Origin: Octopus vulgaris
Lineage: Eukaryota
Assembly (NCBI GenBank): GCA_951406725.2
Contig: OX597828.1
Span: 38,502,001-38,566,000, forward strand
Reading direction: 5' to 3'
DNA: 64,000 bases
Under the pieces are notes generated by a model. That model did not search any database. It was given only the letters and a program-made list of their open reading frames with translations, and was not told the DNA's origin. The position numbers were made by a program, and so were the translations under genes. Positions 12,124 to 27,325 of the stretch are shown in pieces (the first letter of the stretch is position 1; the number at the start of each line of letters is the position of its first letter).

Positions 12124-13406
12124 TTAATAATTAAAACATATGCATATATATATATACATATATGTACGTACCTACCTCTACATGTATGTATACACGCATA
12201 TATGAGTACAGGACACCAAAAAAACGTCGAACACAATGAGAAACGAAAACATAGACACAAACACAAGGAACTGGACATTTTTCTTAAACAACAAAAAAAT
12301 AGAGTACAGGACAAATAACACAAGGAAAAAACCCCTTCTTCAGTCGCCATGGTTTCATCTACTCTGCATTTCGAAGATGATATATATATATATGTATGTG
12401 TGTATGTATTTGTATGTGTGTGTGTGTATTTATATGCATGCGAGAAGAAGAGTGCAAGCGCACGCGTGCGACTATTTTGGTATAAATATATATGGAACTG
12501 TCCGAGCTGAAAGTCACGCCCACGCTATCCACCCACGCATTTTTTCCCCTCTCTTCAACTATCTTTTATCATTGTGGAAAACGTCATTGAAACAACATCG
12601 TAACCGCCACCACCACCATCATCGTCATCTTCACCGTTTTCATTCATCTCCGACCACCACCGCCACTACTTCAGCCAGCGAAGAAACCTTTGCGTATTCG
12701 TTCGACCCTCAAGAAATGATCACCAAATCACCTCCTCCGGCTGCACAACCACTCTTCTAAGAACAAGGGAACTCGTATCCGGCTGTTTGTAGTATCGGAG
12801 ATCCTATATCGAAAGGATATATGTTGAATGGTTCTTTTTTTCTTTTACTTGTTTCAGTCATTTGACAGTGGCCATGCTGGAGCACCTCCTTTAGTCGAAC
12901 AAATAGATCCCAGGACTTATTCTTTGTTATCCTAGTACATATTCTATCGGAGTTTTTTGCCGAACCGCTACGTTACGGGGACGTAAACACACCAACATCG
13001 GTTGTCAAGCGATGTTAGGGGACAAACACAGACACACAATTACACACACACACACATATATATAGATAGATAGATAGATACGACAGGTTTCTTTCAGTTT
13101 CCGTCTACAAGGCTATATAGTAGAAGACACTTGCCCAAGGTGCCACGCAGTGGAACTGAACCTGGAACCATGTGGTTGGTAAGCAAGCTACTTACACACT
13201 GCCACTCCCGGAACATGCTTTGAGTTGATAATAACAACAACAACATCAATTACTACTTCGAATATTACCAACACTACGACTACTACTGTTGCTGCTGCTA
13301 CTTATAATAATGGTTTCAAATTTTGGCATAAGGATAGCAGCTTCAGGGGAGGGAGTAAGCCGTTTACATCGACCCCCAGTGCTCAACGGGTACTTAATTT
13401 ATTCTA

Positions 13407-13772
13407 AAGGGCGGCGAGCTGGCAGAATCGTTAGCACGCCGGACGAAATGCTTAGCAGTATTTCGTCTGCCGCTACGTTCTGAGTTCAAATTCCGCCGAG
13501 GTTAACTTTGCCTTTCATCCTTTCGGGGTCGATTAAATAAGTACCAGTTACGCACTGGGGTCGATGTAATCGAATTAATATCTAAGTCTGTCCTTGTTTG
13601 TCCCCTCTATGTTTAGCCCCTTGTGGGTAATAAAGAAATAGGTACTTAATTTATTCTAATCTACTCTAGGCACAAGACCAGAAATTTGGGGAGGTGGGGC
13701 AGTCGATTAGATCAACCCCTGTACGCAACTGGTACTTAATTTATCAACCCTGAAAGGATGAAGGGCAAAGTC
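13407..13772. mobile_element. SINE B (+) followed by SINE B fragment (-)
   Basis: Full B copy 13407-13642, then a reverse-complement B 3' part 13660-13772. Confidence 0.8.
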
Positions 13773-13799
13773 TGCACAGTGGTTGTTGATAGTGGATCT

Positions 13800-15200
13800 T
13801 TTACTCATCAAAAGCCGTCTCTTACCGGTCAGGCAATAATGAATTGTAGTTATGTTCAACCCTGTCAAAACCTTTAGCTTAATCTACCAAAGACAAATTT
13901 ACTATCGACTGTTGATATACTAATCGAATAGAGTGACTAGATCTGTTGGAAATCGCTCAGGTTTGGAGTAATATGCGGGACAAATTCCAAGATTTTTACC
14001 AGCACTCTAACCAGACTCGATGATTTTCCCCCTCGCACATCCATCTTCTGTATTTCAGTTGCCGTTACCAGCTTTTCACAGCACATCACACTTTCTAGCG
14101 AGAATCGCAGATGATTGTCGAGGTAGTCCACTATCTCCAGTCAAAGCTTCCTATGCGTTGTTGCATAAAGATCCACTGAAAAACGTACGCTTCTGCTTGA
14201 AATTGGATAGGACGTTCCTATCGTGGTCCGTCGAAAACCAGACTGTTGATTTATTGCCAAGTTGTTAAATGACTTGTACTCACTCGTATCTTGGAAGATA
14301 TGCCTTATCTCAAACAACATAAACATCATATTTCGCAACAAAGAAGTAGGGCGTTATTTTGCCTTTAACATGTCAAAGGCAAATCCTTTCATAATACTCT
14401 CTTCGAATCTACCTACTAAAATTGCACCCTGAATAAGGATTTTCTCTCACTATACCATTGCTATGATTAAAGGACTCTCCTCTGATTTGTCTCTTTAATG
14501 AGACCACCACAAGTTGTTGAAGATTGTCCTGACGACTGCTGCCAGACTAATCCAGTCCCTGTAAATTATTCCATTTGGGACCGATGCATTCAACTTTCAG
14601 TAATCGGCTTCTCAACTTTGTCTTATCTAGGCTTATCCTGCAGATCACAAACTTGTGGGATTAACTACTCGAAACCGCGAACATCCCATGATACTCTTTC
14701 TTATTCGCTAACTTAGAAAAAAAAAAAAAGACTAGGTCCGATCTTGAGGTTCGGATGCGTCTTCTCCGAACTGACATTGGCACATTTGGGAAATCTAAGC
14801 AGTATATATCAAACAGTTGGCCACTGTCTTAGCAGGTTTGTGAGTCTTTTACACCTACCTCCTATTCTTAAAATGTCATTTCAGTATCCTACTAACACCA
14901 GTAAGGGGGATGTTTCCAGACGTTTGAAGTAGTCGGGATGGCCAGTCTCAGCCGGAGCATAAACGGTCGTTAGTCTGCAGATCCTGCTTTCACTACTGTT
15001 CAAGTAGTGATCCAGACCCAAGGACATCGTTGAACTAACCTCCAGATCCGGACTTTTCCGAATCAACGCCAACGTCCCCAAATCCTTCCAGCCGTCTGAA
15101 TGATATATAAATTTTTCAGGCGCCCATAAAGAGCGCGACCCGAGAATTACTAATGACGTATACGTCTACCCTGACGTCAACGACGGTACGTCTAACTAGT
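13800..15200 (-). pseudogene. Decayed L1/Tx1-like LINE ORF2 (endonuclease side)
   Basis: Fragment RICRLTTVYAP..PDYFKRLE..LVLVG(D) resembles the AP-endonuclease motifs NVYAP and GDFN. Many stops and frameshifts; boundaries approximate. Confidence 0.55.
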
Positions 15201-15565
15201 TGTTCCACCTGATAAAAAGAACAGTCCCAAATCGCCCTTAAATCGAATACCTTGTGTCATAAGGAAGGTAGTGCTAGCTATGGAATGATCACGGCTAGAA
15301 TACCATCCATCATAGGTCTGCTCGATCGAGATTGTCACGTGGTTAAACAAAAACATGTATTCTCTTGCTTTTGTTTCTCATTTTTGTGAGGGAGGAGTTT
15401 GTTGCTTCGTTTCCCAAGTTGTCATGCTTTGTTGTATTAACAATAATTTCTTGTCCATATTTTTTATTCTATTTTTTAAGAAGGCATTTTACTTAACCCA
15501 CAGAAATGAAAAGCGAAGTAATTCCAGGCAGAACTGGAACTTAGAACATTGATTCTAACATTTGG

Positions 15566-15627
<62 letters not shown>

Positions 15628-16091
15628 TGTTTCCAATACAGGTACAAGGTCAGAAATTTTGGAGAAGAAGTCGATCAGTTAAATCGACTTAAATATTTGA
15701 CTGGTATTGTATTTTACCGACTCGAAAAAGAAGGTACAGTCGATTATTTCGACCCAAGTATACTTAGCTGGTATTTGATTTAATCGATTCTGAAAGGATG
15801 AAATACTAAGCCGAACCTAGGTGGGATCTGAGCGCTGGACGTAAAAAAAAAAACCCAGACTAAACGACCGAAAAAGATTGTTGTCCCATGCTTGACGGGT
15901 TCTTCCAATCCACAGTCCGTGTTGTAATAATCGTAAGAAAAACTGCAATGGCAGTAACGAGTGACAATACAACCACCACCAGCAGCAGCAACAGGTACAA
16001 GCATTATATACACCGTGACTGAGAAAGGCGCGGTTTTGACGTCATCCAACACATATTCCCTCTCTGTCTGTCTGTCTCTCTCTCCCTCTCC

Positions 16092-16145
<54 letters not shown>

Positions 16146-16671
16146 ATGTATATCTCGCGTCATATCAATATGCATTTATTCAATCAGTTCCATTTGTAGT
16201 CTCCATGACAACGAAACTGTATACGTGCTGTTGTATATATATATAAAGGTGTGCGAGAGAGAGAGGGGGGATGGTGACAGGGAAAAAGAAGAAGTGGAGA
16301 GAGAGAAAGAAACAGACAGACAGAGAAACGACTGTTAAGAGACATTGACAAAGAAAGAGAGAATTAAAGACAGAAAAACGAGAAAGAGAGAGGAGGAGTT
16401 GAGAAGGGAAAATATGAAATAAAGTATAAGAGAGAGAGAGAGAAATAGGTGGCAGAGATAGAGTAGGAGGGGTAGTTAGAGTGAAGGAGATAAGAGAGGT
16501 TTATAAAGAGAGGGAGGAGCCCGATGAGAGAGAAATGAATAGAGACAGAGATGTATTAGATGGAAAACCCGAAGGTTTGAAAGGAAGAAGAGAATCAGTG
16601 GGAAGAAAGGGACAAGAAGAGAGATAGATAGGACGGAGGGATAGAGAGGAAAATGGAGATGAGACGAGATT

Positions 16672-16674
<3 letters not shown>

Positions 16675-16752
<78 letters not shown>

Positions 16753-16806
16753 TACAGAATTAGATAGATAGATAGACAGAATTTGATAGATAGATAGACA
16801 GAATTT

Positions 16807-16870
<64 letters not shown>

Positions 16871-16878
16871 TACAGAAT

Positions 16879-16920
<42 letters not shown>

Positions 16921-16952
16921 TACAGAATTAGATAGATAGACAGACAGAATTT

Positions 16953-17014
<62 letters not shown>

Positions 17015-17095
17015 CAGAATTTGATAGATAGATAGATAGATAGATATACAGAATTAGATAGATAGATAGACAGAATTTGATAGATAGATAGATAG
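16675..17095. repeat. (GATA)n with periodic gatatacagaatta / gacagaattt variants
   Basis: Direct reading of the sequence. Confidence 0.95.
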
Positions 17096-17144
17096 AGCCA
17101 GAGAGCAATAAAGCATGACGAAGGAATTAAGGGCGAACTGTTAA

Positions 17145-17246
17145 ACGGAGGTAAAGAATACGCAAACCACCCGTTTTCGGCGTCACCTTAACCCTAAACC
17201 TAACCCTAACCCTAACCACCGAGTGTGCGTGTTGTTTACCTTCGCC
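17145..17246. mobile_element. Small decayed TIR element containing (CCCTAA)n
   Basis: Imperfect TIRs cggaggtaaagaatacgca / tgcgtgttgtttaccttcg, flanked by the direct repeat gaactgtt. Confidence 0.5.
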
Positions 17247-18171
17247 GAACTGTTGTTTATCACAAGCGTACTTAGAGTCAAAGACATTCTAGCCGTGACT
17301 ATCTCATCTTTTGTGTGTGGTGCGGGGGACTAGATGTGTAGTATCTAATGTGTCTTCCGTTTTTTAAGGCGGTAGACCGTAATTTGGAGGAGATTTGACA
17401 TCTTTTTCTAGCAAATAAAGCAAACATTCGAAGACTCCATGAGAAATTGGTGTGTGTGTTTGTGTATTTGTGTGTGTTTGCGTGTTTGTTGTGTGTGTGT
17501 GTTAGTGATACAAAATGAACTCAGAATAGAGGACTGACTGGAAAAGAGCGAAGAAGAGTGAGTAATATCGTGTGAGTGAAAGACAGAGAGAGAGAGAGAT
17601 GTGTGTGCGTAGGCGTTTAGATATGGAAAAATAGAAAAAGAAAGAGCTGCGTTTAGGGTGAAGAGAAAAAGAGGGGAGAGTAAATTATGGTGAGAGAGAG
17701 AGATGAGTAGGGGTTTATTGAGGGGGAGTTATAGTTGTGTGCACTGTGGACAGAAGGGAGAGTAAATAATAGTAAGAGAGAGAAGGGGAGTATAGAGATG
17801 GAGAGAGATGATGGAAGCTATAAAGATCTGTATCGGATGGGAAATGAAAAATGATGACAGGACGTGGGAGGAGAACGATGAGTGACGAAGGAGGAGGTAA
17901 TGTACCAGAAGAGGAGGAGGTGGTAGGATGAAAGATGAGTTTTAGGGGGGAAAACGAGCTCGAATAAAAATATGATGAAGGGACGACGAACAGCAAGAAC
18001 TGAGTGTGGTGGTGATGATGATGATGAGGGGGGAGAAGGGGAAGGAGGAAAGGACCGATGATGCGAAAGAAACCGAGGGGTTGGTGATAGGGAAATCGAA
18101 GCAGAAACAGTGAGGAGAAGAGGAGGAGGAAGCAAAGACAATTTATGAATATGTAGAGAGAAATAAAACGA

Positions 18172-18718
<547 letters not shown>

Positions 18719-20059
18719 AAGAGGAGAGATGATGAGGAAGACAGTAAATGAAAAAGGTGCGTATTGATGAGAGTGAGAGAAAGAAAGAGAGTGAAAGGTT
18801 GTGAGGAAAAGAGCGAAGTGGAAGTAGCATGTAACAGATAATGGATAACTAAGAATCGATATTAGTAAACAGGTTCGTCGAAGACATACAGTCGGCGTTG
18901 TTTGGTAGATTTTGACTACTGCAATTACTATCTTTTCCATAACACTGTCGTGCTCCTTGGAGAAGTGAGTAGTATTACTACACTCTCTCTCTCTCACACA
19001 CTCTCTCTGTCTCTGTCTCTCTTTCTTTTTCTCCCTCCACTGGTTGCACACAACACGCAACAAACATACCTGCTATTTCTTTGAAGTTCCTACGAAGATA
19101 AGGTAGGACTAAACGTATGTTGACGTCTGTCGGGTTTTTTTAAAAACACTTTCACTCGTAAAATATCACTACATAAGAGGAGCGTGCCGTCGGAAGGGTT
19201 AGTAAACCTTTTATTATTTTCCTTTTCTTTTCCCTCATCTTTTTTCTTCTTTCGTGTGTGTGTAAACCCGTACACAATTTATAGACTGTTTTTGTGATGT
19301 TCCACTCATCTCTACCCCTGTGGAAAACAAAAAAACACCATTATTATTATCAATTATGAACATGTTGTTATTCGTTGTTTTGTATAAGCGCGCGTCAGCT
19401 CTGATCCATCTATGACCAAAACCGTTCCAGCTGTGACCATACGTCTTGTTTTTTTCATTCTTATTTTTAATGTATCCCTAAAAGAAATACTGTATTTATG
19501 AGTACAATATCGAATATTCCATTCTTATATTTAAGATAGTTTGGTCTTATTTGAGGGAGTTTCATGCTGCTGCTTCTAGTACGTTCAACAATCATGTAGT
19601 CTCCTCTCTCCATTGTGTGTTTTTACATATAATTTGTATATGTACACGCATAGATACACATATGACACAAACTCACATACATACATACATACATACATAC
19701 ATACATACATACATACATGTGTATATAAATATATTTATATATATATATATACTCTTTTACTCTTTTACTTGTTTCAGTCATTTGACTGTGGCCATGCTGG
19801 AGCACCGCCTTTAATCGAGCAAATCGACCCCAGGACTTATTCTTTGGAAGCCTAGTACATATTCTATCGGTCCCTTTTGCCGATCCGTGACAAACGGGGG
19901 GGGGGGCTGACAAACAAAGACAAACATATACACACACATACATATATATACATATATACGACGGGCTTCTTTCAGTTTCCGTCTACCAAATCCACTAACA
20001 AGGTTTTGGTCGACTCGAGGCTATAGTAGAAGACACTTGCCCAAGGTGCCACGCAGTGG

Positions 20060-20166
<107 letters not shown>

Positions 20167-21089
20167 ATGTGTATGTATGTATGTATGTATGTATGTATGT
20201 ATGTATGTATGTATGTATGGGGGTTGGTTTCTGTTTAGTCGCAGTTGCGCTCTAATCGGACATATTTTACCTATGCTCAAAGACATTTCTACCGTGGCCA
20301 TCCATCAGGGTGGTTATCTCTGATGCGTTATCCAACGTGGTTTTTGTTCTATAAAGGCAGTGGATTTGTAATTAGAGGAAGATTTGGCTGCTATTTCTAA
20401 CAGGTTGAACGACCGTGAAGAGGTCGCTCCTACGCCTATCATTATTGTAATCACAAATACTACAATCTGGCAGAATCGTTCGCGCGTCGGACAAAATGCT
20501 CAGCGGCAGTTTTTCCGACACACTGCGTTCAGAGTTCAAACCCCACCGAGGTCAGCTTAGCTTTTCATGCTTTTGGATTTAATAAACTAAAGTACCAGTC
20601 AAGTACTGGGGTCAATGCAATCGACTTACTCCACCTTTATCCTCAAAACTACTGGATTTGTGTCAAAATTCGAAAGAATTATTCTTTTCTACTCTAGGTA
20701 CAAGGCCCGAAATTTGGGGGGGGGGCAGTCGATTAGGTTGACCCCAGTACGCAACTGGTACTTAATTTATCGACCCTGAAAGGATGAAAGACAAAGTCGA
20801 CCTCGGTGGTATTTGAACTCTGATCATAAAGACAGACAAAATGCCTATTTCTTTACTACCCACAAGGGGCTAAACACAGAGAGGACAAACAAACAAGGAC
20901 AACCGGATTAAGTCGATTGTATCGACCCCAGTGCGTGTCCAAGTTACGATCATCTCTTCTTTCTTTTGGGTGCAGTGTAGCTAGGACTATGTTTTTCAAA
21001 GTGATGGGTAAATTCAAAAAAATTTGGTCGCTATTTCTCGCAAACGACCTCAAACAAGCTCTGAAGTTGTTGTTGTTGCTGTTGCTACG

Positions 21090-21280
21090 GGGCCCAGGTC
21101 AACTCCGAATGAGTAACCCTATGATAAAAAGCATTTCACTCTTGACCAGTCCATCTTTTCCCTATGTCTAGAGAAATCCAGGACCACATTGTGTAACGTA
21201 TCCTTTTTTAAGACGAGTGGATATGATTTGAAGAAGATTTAGCTGCTATTTCTAGCATGTTGAGCAACAAAATTGAGGCT
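21090..21280 (+). mobile_element. Old dispersed repeat family D
   Basis: Core gatttg...gatttggctgctatttctagca recurs at ~15230(-), 17380, 19550, 20380, 26710, 43450, 47215 and 56480(-). Confidence 0.6.
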
Positions 21281-21499
21281 TTGTCATAACTTCGTGTTGA
21301 ACACTCACCGAATGAATACAAACGCATACCAAAAATGACAGGCGTCATCGTCTGTATATTTATTTGATTAGCGATGCTTAAATTGTGATTTTCTGTTGTT
21401 AACCAGTGATAAGAAAAGCTTCTTTCAATAATATATATTTTTTCCTTGTTATATTTTCTTTTCCGCTGTTAACATAATTCAAGACCCTACTTCTGAAAG

Positions 21500-22005
21500 T
21501 GCAGAAGTCATTCACATTGAAGTCATTCACGTGAAGGGCAGGCAGTGTTTCATTGTATGGTGGTCTTAGCGAAAGAGGTTGTGTGGTGGACCAGATTGAC
21601 AGGGCTGGAGACAGATACAGTATCTGAGATACTGTGCTCTTTGGTCAAGCCCTCTTAAACTTTGTCAAGTTTCATTTGCAAAGGAAAGTGAGGGTAGGAA
21701 GGGAAGTGCTGCGTCTCAGCAATTTTGTTGAAAAGTGGGGGAATGTGCCAAAACTGGTCCGATTGAACGGACGACGGGGAGAAAGCTCTTGCCCTAGTGA
21801 TGAGGGCCTCCGTGGTTTTGTGGAGTTTCTTCGAGAAGCTCTCAGAAGTTTTTTTTTTGGGGGGGGGGGGGGTAAGTTTCCGTTGTTAAAATTTATTTTC
21901 TTATCGTTGTCACTATTTACACGCTTAATTTTATGTAACCCCACTCTGTACTGTCTCGTACCGCCTTCAATGCTTTTTGTGGACCCACAATGGTCAATAA
22001 AGAAA
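21500..22005 (+). pseudogene. Probable 3' end of a Tx1/L1-like LINE (ORF2 C-terminus, 3' UTR, AATAAA)
   Basis: Peptide LAKEVVWWTRL..GQALLNFVKFHLQRKVRV..FVEKW resembles Tx1 ORF2 C-termini. It ends in caataaagaaaa. Confidence 0.5.
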
Positions 22006-22220
22006 ACATCTTAAAGGCGACGAGTTGGCGGAATCGTTAGCATGCCGGACAAAATGCTTAACAGCATTTCGTCTGGCTTTATGTTCTGAATTCCCCCGAG
22101 GTCAACTTTGCCTTTCATCCTTTCAGGGTCGATGAAATAAGTACCAGTTGAGGACTGGGGTCGAGGAAATTGACTTATCTCTTCCCCTGAATTTTCTGGC
22201 CTTGTGCCAAAACTAGAAAC

Positions 22221-22285
<65 letters not shown>

Positions 22286-22517
22286 TGAGTTCAAATTTCA
22301 AAGGTAACCTAGGGTCAAAGCTTATTGGAAGGTGAGGGGAAGGCCAGCTGATACATCGATCCGGGACCTTGACATTCAGAGAGGGGTCCTTGACGATCTA
22401 CTTTGGCCTTCTCGAAGAAAAAAATATCTGTTCATTTAAGCAAAAATATGACAAGTTTTAAACACAGATTTATTCAGTCAATGATATAATTACCATTTCC
22501 ATCTTGTGGCAGATATT

Positions 22518-22917
22518 CTTTTCTGCTCTAAGCACAAGACCCGAAATTTTGGTGGATGGGGCCAGTTGATTAGATCGACCTCAGTATGCAACTGGTACTT
22601 AATTTTTCGACCCCGAAAAGATGAAAGGCAAAGTCGACCTCGGCGGAATTTGAACTCAGAACGTAACGGCAGACGAAATGCCTATTTCTTTACTGCCCAC
22701 AAGGGGTTACACACAGAGGGGACAAACAAGGACAGACAAACGGATTAAGTCGATTATATCGAGCCCAGTGCGTAACTGGTACTTATTTAATCGACCCCGA
22801 AAGGATGAAAGGCGAAGTCGACCTCGGCGGAATTTGAACTCAGAACGTAACGGCAGACGAAATACGGCTACGCATTTCGCCTGGCGTGCTAAAGTTGCTG
22901 CCAGCTCACCGCCTTAG
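22518..22917 (-). mobile_element. Dimeric SINE B
   Basis: Head, body, tail 1, repeated body, tail 2. Same layout as 54350-54747(+). Confidence 0.85.
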
Positions 22918-22959
22918 AGAGATACTAAAGCCTCCGCTCAAAGAATTTCTTGTCTTTAC

Positions 22960-23870
22960 TAGCGAAAATCTCATTCAGATGAATTTGTACATCCTCTTCA
23001 GAATTAAAAATCTGTCCATTCAACATTCGTTGAAATAAATGAGAATCCGAAGGCGCAAGATCGTGTGAATTATAGCGTGCAGCAAAACTTCCCAGCCAAG
23101 CTCCAGTAACTTCTTCCGTGTCAACAGAAAAATGTATTGGTCCAGCATTGTCGAAATAAAGGACAATGTCCTTATGATTAGTAAGTTCTGGACGATTCTG
23201 CTGAATGGCTATGTTTAATATCTGGTGGGTCGCAGCTGGTGACAGTACGCATCCATATTGATTGCTCTGGTCGTGGGAAGAAGCTCAGAAAAGATGGCAC
23301 TTTTCCAGTTCCACCAAACTGAAAGTATAACCTTTTTCGGGTGGAATACTGCTTAAAAGGTTATTTGTGTTATTTCGCGCACTTCCATCAATATCGTTTG
23401 CGCTTTGCTATCAATTTTTCATCCCTTGTTACCATTCTCTTCGAAAAAAAAAAGATCGTTTCCTTCAGGTTTCCGCAACAAATCGCAGATAGAAATCTGT
23501 TGGACGCGGTGAGTTTCATTCAATTGATGTGGGACCCAAACATCAAGCTTGTTGACGTAACCAAGTTGATGCAGATGGTTTTCAACACTCGATTTGGATA
23601 TTTGGAGAATATCTGTGATCACCCTGGTCGTATAACGTGGGGTCGGTATCGACTAACTTCTTCATTTTATTGCTGTTAATCTCAGTTGACCGACCAGAGC
23701 AAGGGGCCACGTGAACCGAGAAAATTCCCGATCGAAATCGTGAAAACCATTTCTAGTACACAACGCATATTTGCCTACAGGTTTCCGCCACTTTCTTGCC
23801 TATTCTAAAATAAATTTTTTAAAAAGCATGAGACGTCAATAATCGTTTTGGTACTCCATTTTCAAGATGA
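22960..23870 (-). pseudogene. Decayed mariner transposase
   Basis: SKSSVENHLHQLGYVNKLDVWVPHQL carries the WVPHEL motif. Downstream, DLAPSDSHLF at ~23035-23063 matches the YSPDLAPSD motif. Frameshifted. Confidence 0.85.
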
Positions 23871-24363
23871 GCCCAAGACACGAAATACGATCCAGCTTCG
23901 CGTCGAACTACGTTGAAGCGTCAAGTATCTAACGAGTGCGCATGTGCAAGGGACAGACTGAACTTCACAACTTACTAAAGTGCTTGAAGTTTAGTGCCGA
24001 CAAAATATCAGCCGGACGTGTGTATGCGTCAGTAAATGTCACTACCATTGCTTGACAACTAGTGTTGGTTTATTTACGTCCCTGTAACTAGGGTTCAGCG
24101 AAAAAAATTTTTAAAAAGAATAAGTACCGTACTTTGGGCAAATAAGTACGGGGGTCGATTTGTTCGACTAAACCCTTCAAAGCTGTGCCCCAACATGGCC
24201 GCTGTCCAATGACTGAAAAAAGTAAAAGATAAGAGATAAACTCTTCATATTCTTCAGAAGCTAACGTGTTGAGACACCTTGGATTTGAAGAATATTCACT
24301 ATCTTCTGTAGCTGCAAGAAGCCATTTTCTAATGAATTGTTCCTACGTCCGTTATATATTGGA

Positions 24364-24665
24364 CTAGCAGTATCGCCCGGCGTTGCTCGGGTTTGTAAGG
24401 GAAATAACTATATAAGCATTTTTAGAGAGTTACTTCCTATATATGATAGCAAAAAAATGCATTAAAAATGGGAAAAAATTATGGTAAATTTTTTTAAAAT
24501 CGTAGACTCATCGTAGACGCGCGCTAATACCCAGAAGGGCTCGATATGAATCACGACTGTAAGATACCCGCTTTTGGTTAAACTGCGCCGCAAAATGTGG
24601 GAGTAGTTAGGAATCTAAATCGTAGGAGACAGACACTCACACAACTTCACATTTATATATAAAGA
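24364..24665 (-). mobile_element. Complete non-autonomous Helitron H1
   Basis: A|TCtttatatataaa ... hairpin ... CTAG|T on the minus strand. Confidence 0.85.
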
Positions 24666-25605
24666 TTTGCAACAAAGAGTTAACAAATTGTCAATAAACG
24701 TCTTTGAAAATAATAAAGTGTTTGCTAACACAGGAGTTTGCCACGTTATGAAACCGAGCGAGACACAGCACTATAATCACCACAGAAAAAATATAATATA
24801 ATTAAATCATATTGTACATTGCTCAATAAAAATAAGCGCAGGAGTGGCTATGTGGTAAAAAGATTACTTCGCAACCACATGGTTCCGGGTTCAGTCTCAC
24901 TAAGAGGCACTTTGCTCAAGTGTCTTCTACTACAGACTCGAACTGACCAAAGCCTTCTCTGTAGGTTTGGTAAGCGAAATTGGAAGCTCATTGAATATAT
25001 ATATATAAATATTCTTTTTATTTGTTTCAGTCATTTGACTGCGGCCATGCTGTAGCACCGCCTTTAGTCGAACAAATCGACCCCAGGACTTATTCTTTGT
25101 AAGCCTAGTACTTATTCTATTGGTCACTTTTGCCGAACCGTCAAGTTACGAGGACGTAAGCACACCAACATCGGTTGTCAAGCGATGGTTGGGGTGGGGG
25201 GAACAAACACAGACATACAAGCATATGCATATATATTCATATGACAGGCTTCTTTCAGTTTCTGAGTACCAAATCCACTCACAAGTCTCGGCCTGATTCT
25301 ATAGTAGAAGACACTTGCCCAAGGTGCCACGCAGTGGGACAGGCAGCTATTTAGCAATGTATCGCCAAAAAGGAAAACTATAATTGCCATTAGATATGAC
25401 ATATATATTAGATATATATATATATATCGGAGCACTTTAGCTCTTATTTCTAGCATTGTCGGTTTCTAACACCCTCTGTCATATCTATCTGCCATATCAT
25501 ACGTATATATATACCGGAGTAAACACATAAATGTGAAACAAGGTGGAAAAAAGAGTACTCAAATACCAGTGGTAGAGTAATATGCTTTATTTAAAGCAGC
25601 AAAAA

Positions 25606-25643
25606 CTGTCCGATGAACGGCAACGGGAAACTCAGAGTAACAG
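25606..25643 (+). ncRNA. Minimal type I hammerhead-like motif (CCGAUGA core)
   Basis: ctgt-CCGATGA-a-cg-GCAA-cg-g-GAAA-ctcagag-TA-acag. It sits inside the inverted repeat tgctttatttaaagcagca / tgctgctttaaataaagta, flanked by TA tracts. Confidence 0.6.
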
Positions 25644-26187
25644 GTTTTGTTGAATTTTCTGCTGCTTTAAATAAAGTATATATATATATATATATATATG
25701 GTAAAAGAGCCCGATAGAATAAGTAGCAGGCTTCAAATAAGAAACGTAATGGGGTCGATTCATTCGGCTTTTGTTCCTCCAAGACGGTACCCCAGCATGG
25801 CCGCCAGTTTATTGACTGATACAAGTAAAAAAAGAAAAAAGAAGTATTATTGTCACTTTCACACCATTCACTAAACAAATATTATTTTAATATCGGAAGT
25901 AATTTTATTCAGACATTTCGAAAACGCGAAAGTTTAATTCAACTTAACAGTTTGTTTATTGCGACGTCGGCGCATTCAGAGGCGATAACAATAACCAAAC
26001 AGTCGGGCTTCGGGGTGGCCTTCTTTAGTACGCTCTACATAGGCGCTGGCGTGGCTACTGCGTGGTAAGAGGCTTGCTTCTCAACCATATGGTCCTGGGT
26101 TCAGTAGGTGCCTTCTACTATAGCTTCGGGCCAACCAAAGCCCTTTGAGTAAATTTGGTAGACAGAAACTGAAAGAAACCCGTCGTA

Positions 26188-26460
26188 TCTCTTATTATAA
26201 AAGGCAGATTTTATCTGCCTCCCTTTGGGAGTTATACAAATCTACAATATAGGATTTCTTCAATTACAATTTACCTTGCATTTTTAAGAGTACAATGCAT
26301 CGCGTCATGCCAGGTCCAGTTTTTAAAATTTAAACTCCAGTTAAGCAAAATTTACAGAAAACTCACATTCTGGTGTGTGTGTCAAATGCTTTTCTTAGTC
26401 TGGTTTACAGCACACGCAAACGCACACACACAGTGGGCAACGAATAAAATGAAAGTAATT
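26188..26460 (+). mobile_element. Putative Helitron H2, 5' part, inserted in a SINE A head
   Basis: A|TC start. Matches 11835-12123. Confidence 0.55.
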
Positions 26461-26807
26461 GACTTACTGTAGTGAGTGATTCTTTCACTCTGCCTCCCAC
26501 TTCCACTTTCTACACAGACACGCAAATATATAAATAAAATTGTAAGCTAACGTGCGTGTGTGTGAGTGGGTGTGTGTGGGTGTGCGCGTGTGTGTGTGTG
26601 TGAGGGTGCGTGTGTGTGTGTGCGTGTGCGTGAGTGTGTGACAGGAAAGTTTTTTTACGACGAATATAACACCTATATCCAAGTAGCAGAAAGATAAGAC
26701 AGTAAGGTGTGATTTGAGGGAGATTTGGCTGCTATTTCTACCATGTCTAGCTGCCATGTAGGGGTCTCCCTCATAGGCTCATACATACATATATACATAG
26801 ATAAGAC

Positions 26808-27325
26808 GTGCCGGTGACACGTAAAAGTACCATCCGTTTGTGGCCGTTTGCCAGCTCTGTCTGGCCCCCGTGCCGGTGACACGTAAAAGCACCATCCGTT
26901 CGTGGCCGTTTGCCAGCTCTGTCTGGCCCCCGTGCCGGTGACACGTAAAAGCACCATCCGTTCGTGGCCGTTTGCCAGCCCTGTCTGGCCCCCATGTCGG
27001 TGACATGTAAAAGCACCATCCGTTCGTGTCCGTTGCCAGCCTCGCCTGGCCCCCGTGCCGGTGACACGTAAAAGCACCATCCGTTCGTGCCCGTTGCCAG
27101 CCTCGCCTGGCCCCCGTGCCGGTGACACGTAAAAGCACCATCCGTTTCGTGGCCGTTTGCCAGCTCTGTCTGGCCCCCGTGTTGGTGGCACGTAAAAGCA
27201 CCATCCGTTCGTGTCCGTTGCCAGCCTCGCCTGGCCCCGTGCCGGTGACACGTAAAAGCACCATCCGTTCGTGGCCGTTTGCCAGCTCTGTCTGGCACCT
27301 GTGCAGGTGGCACGTAAAAAGCACC
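26808..27325 (+). repeat. ~61-bp minisatellite (about 8.5 units) at the 5' side of a SINE C copy
   Basis: Unit gtgccggtgacacgtaaaagcaccatccgttcgtggccgtttgccagctctgtctggccccc runs directly into the SINE C body. Confidence 0.92.

Noticed and set aside
12325-12376. Possible type II hammerhead on the minus strand (GAAA upstream of CTGAAGA), similar at 57430-57478
   Set aside because: I could not build a convincing stem I or stem III, and the element is truncated.
12460-12760. His/Thr-rich ORF as a possible exon
   Set aside because: Low complexity, no recognisable domain and no clear splice pair.
26808-27325. CRISPR-like array or repeat-protein ORFs
   Set aside because: Units are contiguous with no unique spacers, there are no cas genes, the context is eukaryotic, and the array is part of a SINE.
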